Assembly (NCBI RefSeq): GCF_000260965.1
Contig: NC_017856.1
Span: 330,001 to 362,000, forward strand
DNA length: 32,000 nucleotides
Origin: Methylophaga frappieri
Lineage (GTDB): Bacteria > Pseudomonadota > Gammaproteobacteria > Nitrosococcales > Methylophagaceae
Direction: 5' to 3'
The notes beneath the pieces were generated by a model. The model was given only the letters and a program-made list of their open reading frames with translations. It made no database searches and had not been told where the DNA came from. This document shows, piece by piece, positions 27,451-32,000 of the stretch. The first letter of the stretch is position 1. Every line of letters begins with the position of its first letter. The translations under genes and the position numbers were made by a program.

Positions 27451-28641
27451 TTGACTATCAAACTCTCACAGCGCGTTCAAAGCATTAAACCCTCACCTAC
27501 TTTGGCCATCACCGCTCGCGCGGCGGAATTGAGGGCAGCAGGTAAAGACATTATCGGTCTTGGTGCTGGTGAGCCCGATTTTGACACGCCAACACATATC
27601 AAAGATGCCGCTGTTACAGCGCTTAATAATGGTCAAACTAAGTATACCGCTGTTGATGGCACGGCCGATTTAAAACAAGCCATTATTAAAAAATTCGCCC
27701 GCGATAACCAGTTAACCTACAACGCCAACCAGATCCTGGTTTCATGTGGCGGTAAACAAAGTTTTTTCAACCTGGCCCAGGCTTATCTAGATACAGGCGA
27801 TGAAGTCATCATTCCGGCCCCTTATTGGGTTTCCTATCCCGATATGGTGCTGCTCGCAGGCGGCAAGCCGGTCATTATCGAAGGCGATATTGATCAACAA
27901 TATAAAATTACCCCCGAACAGCTCCGATCAGCCATCACTGATAAAACGCGTCTTTTTGTTATCAATAGCCCGTCAAATCCAACCGGCATGGCCTATAGCA
28001 AATCTGAACTGGCCGCATTAGGTGACGTATTACGTGAATTCCCTGATATTCTCATCGCTACCGATGATATGTATGAACACATATATTGGGCTGACGAGCC
28101 ATTTTGCAATATCGTCAATGCCTGTCCGGATCTGTATGACCGGACACTGGTGATGAATGGCGTCTCTAAAGCCTATTCAATGACAGGCTGGCGTATTGGT
28201 TATGCTGGCGGACCTGAATCGCTGATTAAAGCGATGAAGAAAATTCAATCGCAAAGCACCTCTAATCCGACATCAATTTCACAAGCAGGTGCTGTTGAGG
28301 CCCTTAATGGCGATCAAACCTGTATTGATGACATGCTCGGTGCCTTTAAGCAACGCCATGACTTTGTTGTCGCAGCCCTGAATGAGATGACGGGGGTTCG
28401 AGCCTTGTCAACCGATGGCACCTTTTACGTCTTCCCTGACATCTCGGATGCGATTACAGCGATGCCTGGTGTAGAGGATGACGTGGCTTTTGCCGAAGCC
28501 TTGCTTAATGACAAAGGCGTTGCAGTTGTTCCAGGTAGTGCATTTGGATTAAAAAATCATATGCGCTTATCTATCGCCACTAGCGAAGCAAACTTAAAAG
28601 GCGCATTGGAACGGATCGCCGACTTCATTAATGGAAATTAA
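27451..28641 (+). CDS. Class I/II PLP-dependent aspartate (or aspartate/prephenate) aminotransferase
   Basis: 396-aa ORF with a TTG start preceded by GAAGG. Motifs: GAGEPDFDTP, INSPSNPTG, and the PLP lysine context SKAYSMTGWRIGY. It is divergent from uvrB. Confidence 0.88.
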   Translation: MTIKLSQRVQSIKPSPTLAITARAAELRAAGKDIIGLGAGEPDFDTPTHIKDAAVTALNNGQTKYTAVDGTADLKQAIIKKFARDNQLTYNANQILVSCGGKQSFFNLAQAYLDTGDEVIIPAPYWVSYPDMVLLAGGKPVIIEGDIDQQYKITPEQLRSAITDKTRLFVINSPSNPTGMAYSKSELAALGDVLREFPDILIATDDMYEHIYWADEPFCNIVNACPDLYDRTLVMNGVSKAYSMTGWRIGYAGGPESLIKAMKKIQSQSTSNPTSISQAGAVEALNGDQTCIDDMLGAFKQRHDFVVAALNEMTGVRALSTDGTFYVFPDISDAITAMPGVEDDVAFAEALLNDKGVAVVPGSAFGLKNHMRLSIATSEANLKGALERIADFINGN

Positions 28642-28654
28642 TTTGCCATAGTCC

Positions 28655-28683
28655 TTGACCCATCAAGATCAAGCCACTATCAT
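28655..28683 (+). promoter_or_regulatory. Sigma70-type promoter for tRNA-Asn
   Basis: TTGACC-17 nt-TATCAT. The -10 element ends 14 nt before the mature tRNA 5' end. Confidence 0.5.
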
Positions 28684-28697
28684 ACGCATCTTTCTGT

Positions 28698-28773
28698 TCC
28701 CCGATAGCTCAGTTGGTAGAGCAAATGACTGTTAATCATTGGGTCGCTGGTTCGAGTCCAGCTCGGGGAGCCA
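28698..28773 (+). tRNA. tRNA-Asn (anticodon GTT)
   Basis: TCCCCGATAGCTCAGTTGGTAGAGCAAATGACTGTTAATCATTGGGTCGCTGGTTCGAGTCCAGCTCGGGGAGCCA. It folds as a cloverleaf with anticodon loop CU-GUU-AA and an encoded CCA. Confidence 0.93.
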
Positions 28774-28781
28774 ATAGATAC

Positions 28782-28817
28782 AAGGGTTTGTAGATAGTCT
28801 GCAAGCCCTTTTTTATT
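28782..28817 (+). terminator. Rho-independent terminator after tRNA-Asn
   Basis: AAGGGTTTGTAGA-tag-TCTGCAAGCCCTT forms a 13-bp stem with two G-U pairs, followed by TTTTTATT. Confidence 0.75.
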
Positions 28818-28875
28818 GCCGCTCTAAAAATACCGTCACGTTTACGATAGGGACTTTCACAAGATTTAACCCCGT

Positions 28876-29901
28876 TTAGGCAAAGAGGACATTGGGTGAA
28901 AAGCCTGTCCATCGCTTAACGGCGCGCCGAAAGTTATTCATATCGTTAAAACACAAATAATCAGCAATCTGTTGAAGATCATACTTTTGAGCCTGATAAA
29001 GATAAATCGCTGTATTCTTTCTTGCCAAGTCCAGTAGTTGCTGGAAATGCGTGTGGTGCTTTTTTAGTTTTCGTTTCATCGACGCAGGGCTGAGCATAAA
29101 TGCTGTCGACACACGATCTAGGTTTATGGGCTCACGTATGTGCGCCATCAGATATTGATAGACTTGGTCAACAAAACTCTCATGCCATCCCAACTGCATC
29201 AACTGTACTCTGGCACTGTTCACAGTCCCTTTAAAAGGCAACTTTCTAGTTATAGTCCAGTTCATGTCCAACTTTTCAGTAGGAACAATAATAGCGTTCA
29301 TTTGCTGATCAAAACTTAGGTTTTGCCCAATATGTACCCAGTACTGTTCAATATAGTCAGGCTCGGTATAGTTGAACTCGTAGCGACAGCAAATCTTCTC
29401 AGGCGAGAGCCAGTCTAGAAGTGATGCAAACGCAGCTATTGAAGCTTCAAGAATAAAGCGGTAACGAGTATCTGCACCACAGCTATCCTGCCAGTAAATC
29501 ACCAAGCCTTCATCGGTTTCATAGAATCGGGGGGTAATGAGAGGCGACAATACAGCTTTAAACTCACACATAAACTCAACCAGCTGACGACAACTGCCCG
29601 CCATTTGCAGGGTCTGGCTACACGCGCCGTAAAAACCTGGCAATAATTGCTGACCAAACATAAAACTACTGTCATCTGCATCTAACAGCTTTTCTGTATT
29701 ACCAATCAGGGTGAGGAACTGATCTGGGCTAAGTGGAACTTCGTGACTCTCCAGATCGGCCAGGCTAAGCCTTGTACCACGCAACAATTGTCGTGAGTCT
29801 GCACCTCGAGCTATGGCCAATTCAACAAGAAGCGCGGGTTGATAATGAGCAGGAATAAAAGCCGTATCCAGTTCATACCCAGGCTGTTTTAATCGAGACA
29901 T
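28876..29901 (-). CDS. AraC-family transcriptional regulator with N-terminal ligand-binding-like domain
   Basis: 341-aa ORF. The C-terminal AraC-type double HTH is HIREPINLDRVSTAFMLSPASMKRKLKKHHTHFQQLLDLARKNTAIYLY...IADYLCFNDMNNFRRAVKRWTGFSP. Its ATG lies 2 nt after the stop of the upstream GGDEF-like gene. Confidence 0.8.
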   Translation of the reverse strand: MSRLKQPGYELDTAFIPAHYQPALLVELAIARGADSRQLLRGTRLSLADLESHEVPLSPDQFLTLIGNTEKLLDADDSSFMFGQQLLPGFYGACSQTLQMAGSCRQLVEFMCEFKAVLSPLITPRFYETDEGLVIYWQDSCGADTRYRFILEASIAAFASLLDWLSPEKICCRYEFNYTEPDYIEQYWVHIGQNLSFDQQMNAIIVPTEKLDMNWTITRKLPFKGTVNSARVQLMQLGWHESFVDQVYQYLMAHIREPINLDRVSTAFMLSPASMKRKLKKHHTHFQQLLDLARKNTAIYLYQAQKYDLQQIADYLCFNDMNNFRRAVKRWTGFSPNVLFA

Positions 29902-29903
29902 GA

Positions 29904-30818
29904 CTAGACCAAGACAGATCTGTCAGGTTTATTTCTGATAATCAGTGTATTTAATCTTTGTATCAGACTGTCTGTATCGTCTTTTTGTGCTGTGGTGACT
30001 GCGACAGTAGCCGTTAAGTGTACGCGTTCATTTTCTTCACGAGTTCGATAGGCAAGGTGTGAAACAGCTTGCTTTAGGTCTTCAGCAATGAGCTTTGCTG
30101 CTGACTCTGTCGTGTTGTTCATGAGAATCACAAAACGATCCCCGGCTAAACGACAAATCAGATCGTCATGTCGTATATTGATGAGTAAGAGTTGACTGAC
30201 GACTTGCAGAATGTCATCCCCCTCTTTCACACCATAGCGACGGTTAACGAGGTTAAAGTCATTCAAATCAACAGCAACTACCGATACGGGTATCATTGAA
30301 ACACTCGCTTCTTTCAAGGCTAGACCTAATTGTTTACGAAGATAGCCCGCACCACCTACGGGGATGAGTTTGTCGAACAGGCGGTGTTCACGGAAATGTC
30401 GTTCACGTTTAGCCATCTGAGCACTGATGGCAATCTCCTCTTCATGCCAATGATAAATCCCCACACTCAGAAAAATCAGTGCCAGTGGAATAGGTAAGCT
30501 TTCTAACCAACTATGCCAAAGCAATGTAGACGGTAAGCGTATGAACTCATCAACCACATCCATGGACCACGAAAAAATGATGCAGCATAAACCTAGCGCT
30601 ATTAATTGTGTTACTCGCCCTGCTGGACGGCTCCGAAGCACCATATAAAGCCAGAATATGGCAAGTGTGGTCATCCCCCCCTCCGAGAGTACATCCAACC
30701 AACTGATATCTGCTGTTGGTTTTAGTTCTCCCCAAACGTGGAAGACACTGAACCCGCCCACAGAGGCAAACAAGAGGCCATACAGGTAGGACCAATGTGA
30801 AATTACATGTTTTTTCAT
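29904..30818 (-). CDS. Membrane protein with degenerate GGDEF domain (AGDRF; RxxD site retained)
   Basis: 304-aa ORF with about 4 N-terminal TM helices followed by a GGDEF-fold domain. That domain aligns by eye to PleD: VDLNDFNLVNRRYGVKEGDDIL...RHDDLICRLAGDRFVILM. Confidence 0.75.
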   Translation of the reverse strand: MKKHVISHWSYLYGLLFASVGGFSVFHVWGELKPTADISWLDVLSEGGMTTLAIFWLYMVLRSRPAGRVTQLIALGLCCIIFSWSMDVVDEFIRLPSTLLWHSWLESLPIPLALIFLSVGIYHWHEEEIAISAQMAKRERHFREHRLFDKLIPVGGAGYLRKQLGLALKEASVSMIPVSVVAVDLNDFNLVNRRYGVKEGDDILQVVSQLLLINIRHDDLICRLAGDRFVILMNNTTESAAKLIAEDLKQAVSHLAYRTREENERVHLTATVAVTTAQKDDTDSLIQRLNTLIIRNKPDRSVLV

Positions 30819-31187
30819 GAGCTTGTGTCTGTCTGTTTTCTATAGGAGGCTCACGCTACGCTCGTGATATGACAGAAACATGACAACCCCCGCAGTCAAA
30901 TTAGCTCATATTTTTCCTATAAACGCCAATCTACTTGTTACTTCTTATTGATTACCCCCCAACCCTTTAAAGCACATAATTAAGCCTTATTTCAGACACT
31001 TACGAGTTCTTACCTGCCTATCGAATTTAACTACTGAGAGCCACGGTCAAAACAGCTCACCCAATCACGAAAATAACCATAAGCCATTGATTTTAAAATA
31101 GTTAACGCATTCTTTGTCACATAGCTGTCATCTGGTGTACCTAAACTTTGCCTCACCGATAAACAAGTCAGCAAAAAGGACACACCA

Positions 31188-32000
31188 ATGTCACGCTTCA
31201 CTCCAACACAATTACCACAGTTCAAGCTCTCGCTATTAGCTGTGACACTTTCATCAGCAATAAGTCACGTTGCATTTGCCGATGAGGTGGACCCCGTTCA
31301 TCTAGAAACCGTCAAGGTAATCGGTCAGGCAGCACAGATAGATAAAGCACTTCGTGAACAGCGTCAGTCGGACAGTATTGAAAGTATCGTTCATGCTGAT
31401 GATATTGGTCAGCTACCCGATGACAATGCTGCAGAAGCCTTGCAACGCCTTCCCGGTGTTTCCGTAGAACTAGACCAGGGTGAAGGCCGTTTTGTCAGCG
31501 TCCGTGGTCTGGCTCCGGAACTGAACAATGTCACCATTAATGGTACCAATGTCCCCTCACCTGAGAGTGATACCCGAGCCGTGGCATTGGATATTTTGCC
31601 CAGTGAGCTTGTGCAATCCCTCTCTGTGGTGAAAACGCTGACACCCGACATGGATGCCAACTCACTTGGCGGGACTGTTAATGTAAAGAGCCTGTCAGCT
31701 TTCGATCACGACGGTCTTTTCTACACCATGTCTGCTGAGGGCAGTTACAACGACAATGTCAACGAAACAAGCCCTAAAGGCTCTGGTGCTGTCAGTAATA
31801 TTTTCAGTGTAGGTAATGGGGAAAATAACCTCGGTGTTGCCGCAGCATTCAGTTGGCAGGAACGTGATTTTGGTTCTGACAATGTTGAAACTGGTGGTGC
31901 CTGGGAATTTGATAGTGGAGCTAAGCTAGAAGAAACAGAGCAGCGTGATTATGAAATCACCCGTGAACGCATGGGCCTCGGTCTTAATTTTGATTATAAA
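31188..32000 (+). CDS. TonB-dependent outer-membrane receptor (N-terminal part; continues beyond the window)
   Basis: This open frame is missing from the ORF track because it has no stop in the window. ATG 31188 has SD AAGGA 7 nt upstream. Manual translation gives MSRFTPTQLPQFKLSLLAVTLSSAISHVAFADEVDPVHLETVKVIGQ...DIGQLPDDNAAEALQRLPGVSVELDQGEGRFVSVRGLAPELNNVTINGTNVPSPE...LPSELVQSLSVVKTLTPDMDANSLGGTVNV, which is a signal peptide plus plug domain. Confidence 0.85.
   Translation, partial: MSRFTPTQLPQFKLSLLAVTLSSAISHVAFADEVDPVHLETVKVIGQAAQIDKALREQRQSDSIESIVHADDIGQLPDDNAAEALQRLPGVSVELDQGEGRFVSVRGLAPELNNVTINGTNVPSPESDTRAVALDILPSELVQSLSVVKTLTPDMDANSLGGTVNVKSLSAFDHDGLFYTMSAEGSYNDNVNETSPKGSGAVSNIFSVGNGENNLGVAAAFSWQERDFGSDNVETGGAWEFDSGAKLEETEQRDYEITRERMGLGLNFDYK

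Noticed and set aside
30819-31187. I looked for a Fur box upstream of the TonB-dependent receptor.
   Set aside because: The best candidate (GAAAATAACCATAAGCCATTGAT, about 31069-31091) matches the GATAATGATAATCATTATC consensus poorly. This is not enough to call iron regulation.
31031-31225. A 64-aa minus-strand ORF in the receptor promoter region, and an 83-aa ORF at 31409-31660.
   Set aside because: Neither has an SD or recognisable motifs. Both overlap the start or the plug domain of the well-supported plus-strand TonB-dependent receptor.
28698-32000. A genomic island integrated at tRNA-Asn.
   Set aside because: There is no integrase, transposase or phage gene. I could not find a direct repeat of the tRNA 3' end downstream within the window. 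I report it only as a possible variable region.

Overview
This window looks like an ordinary chromosomal segment of a gammaproteobacterium, probably marine or halotolerant, with moderate GC judged by eye (not computed). About two thirds is housekeeping. On the minus strand: tas, ypfJ, tRNA-Pro(GGG), ppsA, ppsR, a MerR-family gene, ihfA, pheT, pheS, rplT, rpmI, infC, thrS, tRNA-Val(GAC) and uvrB. On the plus strand: an aspartate aminotransferase-like gene and tRNA-Asn(GTT). The left third holds (i) a tightly coupled six-gene membrane-lipid modification operon (acyl-CoA desaturase / FAD amine-oxidase-like / DUF1365 / CFA-synthase-like / DUF2878 / DUF1295) divergent from an exported NTF2-like lipoprotein plus chalcone-isomerase-fold pair, and (ii) an ectoine cluster, ectR <> ectA-ectB-ectC-ask, with an extra TPR/coiled-coil membrane gene overlapping the end of ask. 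The right end, after tRNA-Asn, carries an AraC-family regulator coupled to a membrane protein with a degenerate GGDEF domain, divergent from a TonB-dependent receptor. I saw no CRISPR array, transposase, integrase, prophage, toxin-antitoxin or recognisable defence genes. I cannot honestly point to a clearly new system. The best candidates for under-described biology are the lipid operon (possible furan/methylated fatty-acid pathway), the TPR gene appended to the ectoine operon, and the degenerate-GGDEF/AraC/TonB-receptor module. All family calls come from reading the translated ORFs and from memory of family motifs. No database search was run.
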